Part shown: positions 1-10,013 of the stretch, in pieces
Numbering within the stretch: the stretch's first letter is position 1
How the letters are laid out: every line of letters begins with the position of its first letter
IMG/VR virus record: IMGVR_UViG_3300006153_000012
Span: 14,045-78,044 of that record
Origin: a virus
Lineage: Duplodnaviria > Caudoviricetes
Reading direction: 5' to 3' (one strand)
Length of the DNA stretch: 64,000 nt
Position numbers and translations under genes: made by a program
The notes under the pieces: generated by a model
Database searches by the model: none
Told to the model about the DNA's origin: nothing
Seen by the model: only the letters and a program-made list of their open reading frames with translations

Positions 1-2
1 TC

Positions 3-329
3 AAGTGTATGCACTTCCCTTACGGCAATTGTGTTCCACTTAAATCTTTCCGTGTTTCTACGTTTTATGAGAAGATGGGATACAGTCCTTAAGTTCCAGT
101 CCACGTTGCCCGCATTTGTTGAGTTGCTGAAATCCGCGTGCAGTATTGTGTCAAAGTCCCATTCATCCGGGCAGTCCATGGAAGGCTCGGAAGAAGTCTC
201 CCTTGTTATGTACAGGCAGTCATAAAGCCCGTTGGCAATCCGGACATATGTAATGTTGTTCACATGAGTGGGCGTGAGGGCGGCAGTGTTGCTGTCAGCC
301 CCCAATATGGCCTTTGATAGAAAAAACAA
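3..329 (-). CDS. Tail-associated protein, N-terminal part (runs off window start; TTG start)
   Basis: Open frame LFFLSKAILGADSNTAALTP... from TTG at 329 behind GGAGGTG RBS; lies in tail module; not in ORF track. Confidence 0.55.
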   Translation of the reverse strand, partial: MFFLSKAILGADSNTAALTPTHVNNITYVRIANGLYDCLYITRETSSEPSMDCPDEWDFDTILHADFSNSTNAGNVDWNLRTVSHLLIKRRNTERFKWNTIAVREVHTL

Positions 330-342
330 TTATCTCACCTCC

Positions 343-1554
343 TTAATTCCATACATCATTTACATCTGCATTAGCTGGCTCACTGTCAGAATAATGAGTT
401 TTCATGTCATCCTTGCTGACGACATAAGTGAACGGGTTCGGTGCATCCACCCATACGTCATATGTGCTTGGGTTTGGAGGCATCTGCTGACCATACCAGA
501 TATTGTCTGTATCTATGTAATCTGGATCTACAATCACTTCTAATTGGTAAATATCTTTTACCTTCCGTATCCATATACAAACCATATCAGTAGAGTTAAA
601 TGCAATTGCATTAGAATATAAGATATAATGTCCAAGCCCATTCGGCACATCCAATTTAAAGCGGGTCGTTCCATCTTCATATAGGTATGAGGTTACGATA
701 ATTGAATGCCTTGTGTTCCTTAGTTCCAGTATGGTAGCTGTCTGGTTCAGATACATGCCACGTAACTTCAATGTGAAGTCTCCGTCTATTACAAATCCAG
801 TGTCATAATATATTCCTTCATTGTCACCCCGTAAATCTATCATCCCATTCTCAAAACTAAATGATTTGTCACCATTATATTGTATTACCACTATATTGGT
901 ATGGTATTTGATATATCCATGTAAAGGGTCATTCTCTGCATAGATGATGCTGTATTTTCCGGGTCGCCTGTAATCCGTATATATCTGGATGTATCCTGTG
1001 TCAATCTCCATGCCGCTCACGGTCATCCCATGACAGCGGAAATAGTATAGGGTATGGTTGTCAAGTCCCTTGTATTGGTATCTTATTTTTGTGCTGTCAT
1101 ACATGGTTTCGCTTTCGGACAGAAGTGTCCTTGTCCCGTCATAAAGAAAAAACTTGAAGGACTGAATGTCCTCATAGTTCTCCTGCAGATAATATATCTG
1201 GGCATCATAAGATGCAGAGTATATTGTCTGCCCGTCTGCCAGTCCATAAAAATAGAAGAGTGGTGTCTTCAGGGTCTGGAAATATGTTTTATCAGACAAT
1301 TCACTTGCTGCATCATTTATGTCAAAGGTCTGGAACTGTGCCAGCCATTTCTTTCCGTTTGCAAGAGTCCCGGCAGGGATGATATGGGTATGGGGGAATG
1401 TGCTTATTTTCCTGTCATATACAATGTCCATGGTGTCTGCATGATATATGATGAAACGGTTTGCGTATGACTGGCTGCCATTCCAGGAGAAGCTGACGGT
1501 TTTTTCCGTTGCGGCATCAAAAGGAGTTATTTTATTTACGATTGGTTTCGCCAT
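343..1554 (-). CDS. Phage distal tail/baseplate-type protein (beta-rich)
   Basis: 403 aa ORF with GGAGGTG RBS, downstream of TMP; product inferred from position and composition. Confidence 0.6.
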   Translation of the reverse strand: MAKPIVNKITPFDAATEKTVSFSWNGSQSYANRFIIYHADTMDIVYDRKISTFPHTHIIPAGTLANGKKWLAQFQTFDINDAASELSDKTYFQTLKTPLFYFYGLADGQTIYSASYDAQIYYLQENYEDIQSFKFFLYDGTRTLLSESETMYDSTKIRYQYKGLDNHTLYYFRCHGMTVSGMEIDTGYIQIYTDYRRPGKYSIIYAENDPLHGYIKYHTNIVVIQYNGDKSFSFENGMIDLRGDNEGIYYDTGFVIDGDFTLKLRGMYLNQTATILELRNTRHSIIVTSYLYEDGTTRFKLDVPNGLGHYILYSNAIAFNSTDMVCIWIRKVKDIYQLEVIVDPDYIDTDNIWYGQQMPPNPSTYDVWVDAPNPFTYVVSKDDMKTHYSDSEPANADVNDVWN

Positions 1555-1587
1555 TTCTGTTCACACCTCCTTTATTTTATTTAATCT

Positions 1588-1872
1588 TTACCTCTGCTTA
1601 ACTCCGCAGATGTGTATGTCCTCCAGTCTCCCGGACGGAACCTTCACCCAAACGTACTGCCCGACTCTTAGTGTAGTATTTGGTATTGCACATCTGACAT
1701 TCCTGCTTACACCGCCGTCATCCATGATGGCATAGGTGGAATCCCTGTTTATGCTTTTCACTGCCGATGAGAATGTCCTGTCATATTTATGCTCATGGGA
1801 TTTGATTAATCCGACAAATTCCTTGACCAATATATCCAGTGCCCGTATATGCTTGTTTGAGACTTGTTCCAT
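1588..1872 (-). CDS. Small tail-module protein
   Basis: 94 aa ORF with RBS, co-oriented with tail genes. Confidence 0.55.
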   Translation of the reverse strand: MEQVSNKHIRALDILVKEFVGLIKSHEHKYDRTFSSAVKSINRDSTYAIMDDGGVSRNVRCAIPNTTLRVGQYVWVKVPSGRLEDIHICGVKQR

Positions 1873-1970
1873 ATGGTTGTATCCTTTCCTTTTCGTGTAT
1901 TATAAAAAGGACAGCTTATTTTAGCTGTCCTTTTATAGATTTATATGGATTAAAAAATAGTCACAGGCAA

Positions 1971-2216
1971 TTATTTTACAAAATTATTTTTCAGTATGCA
2001 TTGGCCTCCCGAAAAACTAACTTCGTCCCATCCCGCTTGTTCGGCTTTATCTTTAAACCATTCTTGCACTTTTTGTGTTACTTTTTGCATGTCTTCTTCG
2101 TCATTATGTTCCTGATTGTAAATTCCTAATACTTTCTTGCTGCCCACAATGATATTAGGGTCATTTTTGGATCTGTCATCTGGATCAGGAAAAACATATT
2201 TTCTTGGCATTTTCAT
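1971..2216 (-). CDS. Hypothetical protein (AT-rich insert after TMP)
   Basis: 81 aa ORF with AAAGGGG RBS; hairpin AAGGACAGC/GCTGTCCTT at about 1906-1932 follows it. Confidence 0.55.
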   Translation of the reverse strand: MKMPRKYVFPDPDDRSKNDPNIIVGSKKVLGIYNQEHNDEEDMQKVTQKVQEWFKDKAEQAGWDEVSFSGGQCILKNNFVK

Positions 2217-2334
2217 ATATCCCCTTTCTATTTTTCCATTATTATATTTTGTAAATAGAAAAATTTTAACAGTAATTGATAAATTTTAGCAATAATGATT
2301 CGTCCACACCCATGTTTCAGGGTGTGGGATGTCC

Positions 2335-4713
2335 TTAATATTTTTTCATTTCCTGTAAAATCCTGTTATGTGCACGCATGCTTACTATATCCGAGAAATC
2401 TTCTGGGTTCTGTACGCCATGTACATGGATTCCGCCGACATCGACATTCATGTTTCGGTTCATGGTGCTGTTATTGTTGATTACCTCGACAGCCTTCTCC
2501 ATGGCTTCTGCCGCATTATTCATGGCATATGCTGGCCTCATAAATGCGTCCCTGTTCGCACTGAAATATTCCTCGAATTTCTTTATCATTTGATATTCCC
2601 TGTCATCTGGTGTGAGTGGGTACAACGTTCTTCCATCCTTAGTGATGATGGTTCCATCCACCAGTTTGACATTTCCATTCTCATAAGTCTTGAGCACTTC
2701 ACCCTTATTTTCCATGATCTGTTCGGTCTGCTCTTCATTGAAAATAACGGTGCCTTTTGGAAGATCCCCCATGGTTGGCTCAGTGGTAAGTTCCGCCCTG
2801 CCGTCAGGGTACACGGTAAGTTCCGGCTGCCCGTACTCAGAACGCAGGGCATTCCTCTCGTCATTTGGAAGTCCTTTATACCCTCCCGTCCCTCTTGCGA
2901 ACGCCTTTCCGACCGTGCCATCTGCATGCGCCGGGACTGTGCTGCCGGACACGGCGACACTGACGGACGGCATCCCGGATGACTCCAGCGTCTCTGAGAG
3001 GGCACGCAGGGAGTTTGCCGCGGCCGCACACTGATCCTGTATGGAGTCCGCCATCTTCCTGACCATCTCGACAATCTTCTCACATATGGACTGGATGGAT
3101 CTGTCGCCGTCAGTCGCGAAGTCACTGAAGGCTTTCAGCCACGGGTCTTCCAGCTTGGATGCCACCTCATCCCCGCCTGTCTGCATGATGTCTATGATGC
3201 TCCCGCCGTTGCCGCCCGGCTCGGAGCCGCCGCTGTTCCTGATGGGCTTGCTGCTCCCGGCTTTCTTCCCGGGGTCACTGCCGTCACCGCCGCCCACACC
3301 GATGATCTCCGCAATGCGCGCCTGCATTTCCTCCCATGCGGGAAGGTACTCCTCCGTTATCTTCCTGATCTGGTCATCGAAGGACGTGTTGCCGATGTCC
3401 AGTGCCTGGCTCAGGCTGTCCATCTGCCCCTGTATCGTTGTGACCGCATCGGATATGGCTGACGCAAGGCCAATGAACCCTGTCCCTGCCGGTGCCGCGT
3501 CACCATCTGTCATGGCGTTCCCATCCCCCATGGACGCGGCAGTGCCTATGACGGCGGAGAAGTCTATCTGTCTGAATTCAGCACATTTCAGCGCAATGTC
3601 GCCGAAGGCGGATGCAGTGTCCCTCAGCTTCTGCACATACCCCTCATCCCCGATTTCCGGGAACTTTATGCTGCCAAGCTGGGTGACAACCTCATCAACC
3701 AGCTTCTTCAGCTTCTCCAGTTCCGTGCCCAGCGGCGCGATGCTCTCGGACATGCCAGACACGCCCTCCTGTATACCGCCCACTGCGGCGGATGCCTCCC
3801 CTGCGCTTGTGGCAAGTCCTGCCGCAGAGTCCTTCACGTCACTGACGCTGTTGCTAAGACCGTCCAGTGTGACTGCCCCAAGGTTCTCAAACGCACCCTT
3901 GGTTGACTCAAGGTAGCTGATGGAGTCCGCGCTGACCCCGGAAAGCCTTGACAGCTGCTCCAGGATGCCGTCATTGCCACGGCTCATGTCCGCAAGGATG
4001 CCCACATAGGCGGCCTTCAGCTTCTCAAATTCCTCCTGTGAGCCGCTTAAAAGCGCGTCCATGTTGATGCCGAGTTCAGAAAGTGCCGCTTCCATCTGTG
4101 CATTCTCAAGCAGGTCTGTCAGTTCCTCGAACTGTGACTTGTAGTCCTCCATGCCCTTTATCATGGCATCGTAGCGTTGCTCCTCTTTGGCGATGATGTC
4201 GTCATAATGTTTATTGACTTTCTCGGCTTCCTTATCCAGTAAGTCAATTTTGTCCTGACGCAGTTCCTTCTCCAGTTCCAGATAGTCTATTTCCTTCTCA
4301 ATTTTGGAAATGTCAATTTCGAGTTTTATATCCTCCACTTCCTGCTTCGCGTCACGGATGCCTGACGTGTCAGCCTGGTATGACATCTGGCCGTCCTTGT
4401 AGACGAGATCCGTCCTCTGGTTCTGCATACGCTGCAGGTCGTATTCCGCTTTCTGCAGGTCAAGGGAACGTTTCCGTTCTTCGTTTGCGTCCTGCATCGC
4501 CTTGATCTCTTTTTCCTTGGCCTCTATCTGTTCCTCGATGCCCTCAATCTCGGTTTCATACTGCTCCTTCTTGGCTTCTATTTCCTCAAGCCTTGCGTCA
4601 CGTTCCGCTTCAATGGCAGATATCGCGGCATCCTTTTCATCATTGATTGCGTCTATGCGCTTGTCAATCTGCCTCGTGATGTAGCTGAAGGCGGACTCAT
4701 AGAGGGATTTCAT
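2335..4713 (-). CDS. Tail tape-measure protein, exon 3 (C-terminal, 792 aa)
   Basis: Coiled-coil Ala/Glu/Lys-rich ORF; begins ATGAAATCC directly after the predicted terminal G of the intron (4714); in frame with exon 2 (YLDG|MKSLYESAF). Confidence 0.85.
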   Translation of the reverse strand: MKSLYESAFSYITRQIDKRIDAINDEKDAAISAIEAERDARLEEIEAKKEQYETEIEGIEEQIEAKEKEIKAMQDANEERKRSLDLQKAEYDLQRMQNQRTDLVYKDGQMSYQADTSGIRDAKQEVEDIKLEIDISKIEKEIDYLELEKELRQDKIDLLDKEAEKVNKHYDDIIAKEEQRYDAMIKGMEDYKSQFEELTDLLENAQMEAALSELGINMDALLSGSQEEFEKLKAAYVGILADMSRGNDGILEQLSRLSGVSADSISYLESTKGAFENLGAVTLDGLSNSVSDVKDSAAGLATSAGEASAAVGGIQEGVSGMSESIAPLGTELEKLKKLVDEVVTQLGSIKFPEIGDEGYVQKLRDTASAFGDIALKCAEFRQIDFSAVIGTAASMGDGNAMTDGDAAPAGTGFIGLASAISDAVTTIQGQMDSLSQALDIGNTSFDDQIRKITEEYLPAWEEMQARIAEIIGVGGGDGSDPGKKAGSSKPIRNSGGSEPGGNGGSIIDIMQTGGDEVASKLEDPWLKAFSDFATDGDRSIQSICEKIVEMVRKMADSIQDQCAAAANSLRALSETLESSGMPSVSVAVSGSTVPAHADGTVGKAFARGTGGYKGLPNDERNALRSEYGQPELTVYPDGRAELTTEPTMGDLPKGTVIFNEEQTEQIMENKGEVLKTYENGNVKLVDGTIITKDGRTLYPLTPDDREYQMIKKFEEYFSANRDAFMRPAYAMNNAAEAMEKAVEVINNNSTMNRNMNVDVGGIHVHGVQNPEDFSDIVSMRAHNRILQEMKKY

Positions 4714-4954
4714 CAAATCTGTTACTTTCACCATGACTGGCTACTGACTATGTGCATACATAGCGGATAGTCATTTCTGGCTATCTTTCACATTTCATTT
4801 ATTTGGGATTATTGTGTGAGTTCGGACTGGATCTTCACCCTCCCTGATAGGGTAGGGGAGTAACGGAACCTTATATGCTTTGTATCACAATATAAGGTAT
4901 TACAGTCTCTACGGATTCTGGTTTTAGATAATACTAATTTAAAAATAAATATAC

Positions 4955-4987
4955 CCAAAAAACACCTACCGAAGTAGATGTTTTTGG
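4955..4987 (-). terminator. Intrinsic terminator inside intron loop L6
   Basis: AACATCTAC-TTCG-GTAGGTGTT followed by T-run on minus strand. Confidence 0.7.
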
Positions 4988-5088
4988 AACCATAACCTTG
5001 TTATGGTTTTCTACATTTGATTTGCCATTAATCTATGCCTCGCATAGACATGCTTTTGGTAAACTCTTTCGTTCACCTTAGTAATATT

Positions 5089-5117
5089 ATACTACTACAT
5101 CTCTGATAATATGTCAA
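5089..5117 (-). promoter_or_regulatory. Sigma-A type promoter inside intron L6
   Basis: TTGACA-17 nt-TAGTAT on minus strand, overlapping the stop of the PemK-like ORF. Confidence 0.55.
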
Positions 5118-5118
5118 T

Positions 5119-5895
5119 TCAAAATTTAAAACTCAGATTTTTATTTATAGCCTTTATTATGTTATCAAAACATTTATCAGTAGCAATGCCCAAACATTTG
5201 CTGTCGATTCGCTTCCTGTCTATCGCCCGTATATGCATTACATTTACGAATCCATATATCCCGTTGCTGTTTCCCTCTAACCTTAAAGGAATTTCATAAA
5301 AATCTAAATATTTATTCTTTATCGCGCCATCTTTTACTATCTCAATATAGTATTTTCGTTTTACATCATCCCATTTGACTTTTTTTTGGTGTGTTGTCAC
5401 TGGGGCAATAATTGTGATATTGCCTTTAATGTTCCCTGTATTGTTTTGTAATATGATTACTGGCCTACGTCCATTTTGCTCACTGCCAATATTGTCTCCT
5501 AAATGGGCATAAAAAATTTCTTTTTGAGCGACCGTATATTTTCTTGTGCTTAAGTTTATATTTCTTGTTCTATTTACCCAAGCCAAATAATCTATATTCT
5601 TCTGCATTTTTTCTAAATAGATTGCCTTATTAGTTGTTTTTACAAACATTTCTCTTGATAATTTTCTGAATTCCTTTATTAATCTATTCTCAAGATTTTT
5701 ACACTCCCGGTCATCTTTCATAATAAAAAGAATTCTATTTATTATGTCTGATAATGTTGACTCGACCATTTCCTTTTCAGCAGAATTGTTCCTGTCAATA
5801 GAATTTGTAAATTTACGTAATATGCGGATTAAATCATCATATAATTTTTCAATATCCATTAGTATTCCCCAATCATCAGCATTATAATATCCCAT
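5119..5895 (-). CDS. PemK/MazF-family endoribonuclease with N-terminal extension, intron-encoded
   Basis: IFYAHLGDNIGSEQNGRRPVIILQNN..IIAPVT matches the MazF/EndoA GSEQxGxRP motif; located between the two strands of P6. Confidence 0.8.
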   Translation of the reverse strand: MGYYNADDWGILMDIEKLYDDLIRILRKFTNSIDRNNSAEKEMVESTLSDIINRILFIMKDDRECKNLENRLIKEFRKLSREMFVKTTNKAIYLEKMQKNIDYLAWVNRTRNINLSTRKYTVAQKEIFYAHLGDNIGSEQNGRRPVIILQNNTGNIKGNITIIAPVTTHQKKVKWDDVKRKYYIEIVKDGAIKNKYLDFYEIPLRLEGNSNGIYGFVNVMHIRAIDRKRIDSKCLGIATDKCFDNIIKAINKNLSFKF

Positions 5896-6064
5896 TATAT
5901 ACCAATAATTGACATAATACTACAAGAACATACATTCTAAAACCTTTATTATTATTATTATATCTAAAACCAGTCTTTCCTCGGTCTTAACGTTCCCATA
6001 CGCCTTTAACCGATATAGTTACTTTTCATTATGCTGCATTACTGCAGCAGATGGCATGTAATCC

Positions 6065-9040
6065 ACCATCAAGGTACTGATGCTCATACTTCTCATATTC
6101 CTTCAGGTATTTCTCTTTGTCGCGGAAATACTTGAGATAGAGCCTGCGGAGTGCATCCAGATATTGTTTTTCCGTGATTTTCCCACGGTCTTTCAGATCA
6201 TCAAGGTCTTTTAGTTCCTTCTCGAATGACTCTAAATATGCATCTGCTGCTTCCTTGCCGGCTTTCCCTGCTGACTTTTTACCACCTCCGGCATTGGAGA
6301 AATCAACTTTAGGCTCATAATTGATCTTGCCTGCTGATTCTTTGATAAGCGCCTGTAACATTGCCGCCCGTGCAATCTTGAATCCTATGTCCAAAGGATC
6401 AATTGTGCCGCTTGCGACCTCCTGATAAATCTGCTCCAATTCAGTCAGATATTTAATCACTTCACCCGTATAACCTGCATTCTCCGCAAGGGTTCTCAGG
6501 TTCGCAACCTCGCCATCTGTGTTCATAATCTGCATGTTGTACAGTTCCTTCTGGAACGTGAGCATCGCAATCGCCTGTGACGCATTTTCAGTAGACACCA
6601 TCTCATTTGCAAATGCGGCAATCTGTTCTTCTGTGGCTCTTGCAAGGTCAATCCCGGCTTCCTTCAATGCTTCCTTCAATGCCTCCGTGTTGCTTATCAA
6701 GGCTTCAAACGCCACCAATTCCTCATTGACAACACCCAAGTCTTCCAGTGCGGCTTTCAGTGTTTCAAAGTCCTCCGCGCCTGATAACGCCGCCTGTGTG
6801 ATGGAAGCAGCAAGGGAGTCAAATGCAGTCTCTACATCCTGCTCCGTTGACTCAGAATTGCGCAATACCCTGACAAAATCCTCATAGGAAGAGTAGTCTA
6901 CATCAAGATTTAATCCTTCTGGGTCAGACATCTCGTCTAGTTTAGACTTAATTGCGTCACATGTTGATAGGATGTCTATGCTGTTTAGTGCGAACTCATC
7001 ATCCGTGAAGATGGACTGGTATGCGGATTTCAGGGAATCGAATGCGGGTTTCAGCTGGGTGTTTAGCTGATCGATGGTGGAAGAGATGGATGAAATGGGG
7101 TTTTCAATGTTCGATGTTGAATCTTGAACTTCTTTAATCTTAGCAACAAGTTCATCCCAAGATAGAAGAGTACCCTCTGGAACTTCTACCTGTTCTGCCG
7201 CAATGTGCAGTTCTTCAAGTGTTAATTCTCCAACTTTGTCATCAAAATCATCTTGGAGTTTTTCTTTTACGTTGTTGATTAGTGGTTGGGTATCGTCTAC
7301 TTTTGCTTGTAAATTAACAGAAATTGGGTGTTCTGAACCAAAATACTCTTGAACTTTAGCAATAGCTTCTAATAATTCACCAGAATTTAAACTCCCAGAA
7401 TATATATTAGCTAAAGCTTCTGATACTTCTGAATCATTAATATTATTGATTGAGAATAAGATATTACGTCTTAAATATTCACTAACAGCTTCCCAATCAT
7501 TTTTATCAATGCCTTCTGGTAAACTTGACCAATCAAAATTGAAAAGTGTGTCTTGTATTGCTTTTTGTAATCCACTATCTTCAATCTGATTGTAAGTAAA
7601 CTCAGTCTGTAACCATGTATTTAAATATTGATTAATAGACGATGTTTCAGCTTCAAACTGTTGCTCTGCATATTTTACATCGTCAGATGCCTTGTTAAAT
7701 GCAGATACATAAGCATCTTTTATACCAGAAAGATTTGGTATATCACCACCATCTTCTAATTCCAGTTTATAACCAATGATTTGACCCATGCCATCTTTTA
7801 AATTTACTTGTTTTGCTGTTATACCTAATTTTTCAAGTAACTCTATATATTGACCAAGTTTTAATGCAACTGGATCTCCATTTGCATCTTTAGCATTTCC
7901 ATTAATATCAAAAGCAGTATAAATCCCATATTTATTTATTTCTTCATATGCTCTTTGGATTTCATCTCTTGTCTTTTTAGCATCTTCTTTTTGTTTCTCT
8001 AAATCAGAAACATTATTAGAATAACCAGCAAATAAGTCTGGCATCTGTTTCATGATTTCTTGATTTGCCAATACACGTTGTCTTTCAATTAAATCATCTA
8101 ATGAACCAACGATAGTATCTACATCACCAGATAGATCAAGTATAGCAACACCATTTTCATCAAAATTCTTTGTTAATGAAGGATAAAGTGTTGATAACTG
8201 ATTGCTTAACTCTAAAAATCTCTCATATTTTTCAGTAGAAAGATTTTTATTTTCATTAGTTAGTAAATTAACTCCTTGGGCAAGTTCAGCATATTCTTTG
8301 GCAATTTCTTTAGTTTTTGATGAATTTTCACTAAATGTATAGTTTATTTCATCAATTGCATTTTTGGCTTCTTCATAAGCTTCTTTTATTGCCTTAGCCG
8401 CTTTTTCTTGTTTAACCTTGTTTACTAACGCCGCACCACCACATAATGTTAATGCTGCTGTAATACTAGCAATAACAGGATGAGCCTGTGCAATAGTTAA
8501 AATACCAGTACCCAGTCCTTTTAGTGCAGTACCAGCACCTTTAATTTTAGCACCTATACCTGCAAGTAAAGAAGCAGACTCTTTTTGGTTTGCTAGAGTA
8601 ACACCAGCTTTTGCAGCAATTAAATTAGCTTCTGCCTGTGTTAATTTACCAGTAGCAACAAGTTCCTTTAATTTTGCGGCTGTCACAACATTGGTAGCCG
8701 TAGCCTCTGCCGTTTCAGAAGTGATAAGTCCAGTATTAATCAACAACGCTTCTGATTGATCTTTATTTCTCTTTTTTGTTACGAGTATAGCATTAAGTTC
8801 AGCAGTAGTTAATTTGCCAGTAGAACCTAATAATTCTGCCTGTGATAAAATTGCCTGTTTCTGTGCAAGATTAAGTCCTTGTGTTGATAATACCAATTCT
8901 GCTTGCTTTGCGTTTAATCCTTTTAAAGCTGTTGCATATGCAGTTATATTTGTAGCATTTAATTTCAAATTGCTGAGTTCGTTTATTTTTCTTCCAGCAA
9001 TATAAACATCTTCCAAACTTTGTCTAATTGTTTTGAATAT
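6065..9040 (-). CDS. Tail tape-measure protein, exon 2 (992 aa)
   Basis: Ala-rich helical TMP-like ORF; starts ATATTC after AGTATG; ends GATGGT at the P1 U.G. Confidence 0.85.
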
Positions 9041-9121
9041 CATACTAATATATGTTATACTTGTGGAGAGTATAACGTCCTCTTGTGGAGAGAGGATATT
9101 GATTCCCTTGTGGAGAGGGAA
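9028..9121 (-). repeat. 3'-splice-site module copy 1 (functional): three CUCCACA-loop hairpins + AGTATG|ATATTCAAAACAA
   Basis: Plus-strand stems GTTATACT/AGTATAAC, TCCTCT/AGAGGA, TTCCCT/AGGGAA each enclose TGTGGAG; 19-mer TTGTTTTGAATATCATACT at 9028-9046. Confidence 0.9.
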
Positions 9122-9145
9122 ATTTATAATAGGAGATGTTTATTT

Positions 9146-9817
9146 ATGAAAAGAAAAATAATAAAAGTAACAATTTTGATTTTAATGTCTATTTCTATAA
9201 CTGGATGCTCCAAGGCTAATTATCAAAAGGATGAATCATATGAAACAGATATTATTGGAACATATGAAATAAATGCCGAAGCTGATTCTGATAATAAAAC
9301 TACTTATTACAAACAATATGTGTTAAATGACGATAATACATATAATTATGAAAGCAATGTATTTGGCACAGATTCAAAGTCAAGCGGTAATTACACTATA
9401 AATAATGAAACAGAAAATATTCTCATAATTGATTTTGATATTATAAATAGTACATCTACCGATGAAGAATCAGTAAATATTAATTCTGCTAAACAATACA
9501 AAAAGGTTTATAAATATAAAAATATGCTTGGTGATATAATAGAAACGAAAGAGTTGCCAACATCCGAAATGTTTAATTACATAATACCGAATAAAACAGG
9601 AGGTGGCATGATATTTACTAAGGATGGTTATTATCATGCGTGTATTGATATTGATAATTGCCAATGTGACTATGCAAAGGACACAAAATATATAAGAAAA
9701 GATAATATTATATATTTCAATATTAAAGGTTCTGGTACTGATAACTATTGGCAAATTGCAGATTATGTAATCGATGATTATTTATTTACTCCAGAACTAT
9801 ATAAAGTGGAAGAGTAG
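9146..9817 (+). CDS. Lipoprotein (cargo)
   Basis: MKRKIIKVTILILMSISITG-C lipobox; AGGAG RBS; start revised from ORF track 9020. Confidence 0.8.
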   Translation: MKRKIIKVTILILMSISITGCSKANYQKDESYETDIIGTYEINAEADSDNKTTYYKQYVLNDDNTYNYESNVFGTDSKSSGNYTINNETENILIIDFDIINSTSTDEESVNINSAKQYKKVYKYKNMLGDIIETKELPTSEMFNYIIPNKTGGGMIFTKDGYYHACIDIDNCQCDYAKDTKYIRKDNIIYFNIKGSGTDNYWQIADYVIDDYLFTPELYKVEE

Positions 9818-10013
9818 TAGTATCATTTCATTCAATCATATAAATCACGTCCTTTCTAAATATTTTTATGAGTAAGATTACTCAATAGATATCACAATAT
9901 CAATTATAATATCTATTCAATGATCTTGGCTTTGATGAAAATATGTTCTGGGTATCAAAAATATATAACTAATGATACAATAAATGTATCAATGTTTAGG
10001 AGGATATCATGCT

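Larger units (their letters stand above)
4714..6064 (-). ncRNA. Group I self-splicing intron (IA-like, with P7.1) in TMP gene, 1351 nt
   Basis: P1 GAUGGU/GCCAUC with U.G; P10 GGAUUACAU vs AUGAAAUCC (8/9); P3 AGUAAC(6023-6018)/GUUACU(4864-4859); P4 UCGGU/ACCGA; P6 13-bp stem (5961-5973/4918-4930); P7 GAGACUG(4909-4903)/GAAGAUCCAGUCC(4836-4824); ends in G. Confidence 0.9.

Noticed and set aside
2368-3916. Long plus-strand ORFs (204, 114, 291 aa) and the 179-aa minus ORF overlapping exon 3
   Set aside because: Shadow ORFs expected in GC-rich coding sequence; no RBS or motifs
9020-9145. N-terminal 42 codons of the 265-aa ORF
   Set aside because: They run through the hairpin array; RBS and signal peptide indicate a start at 9146
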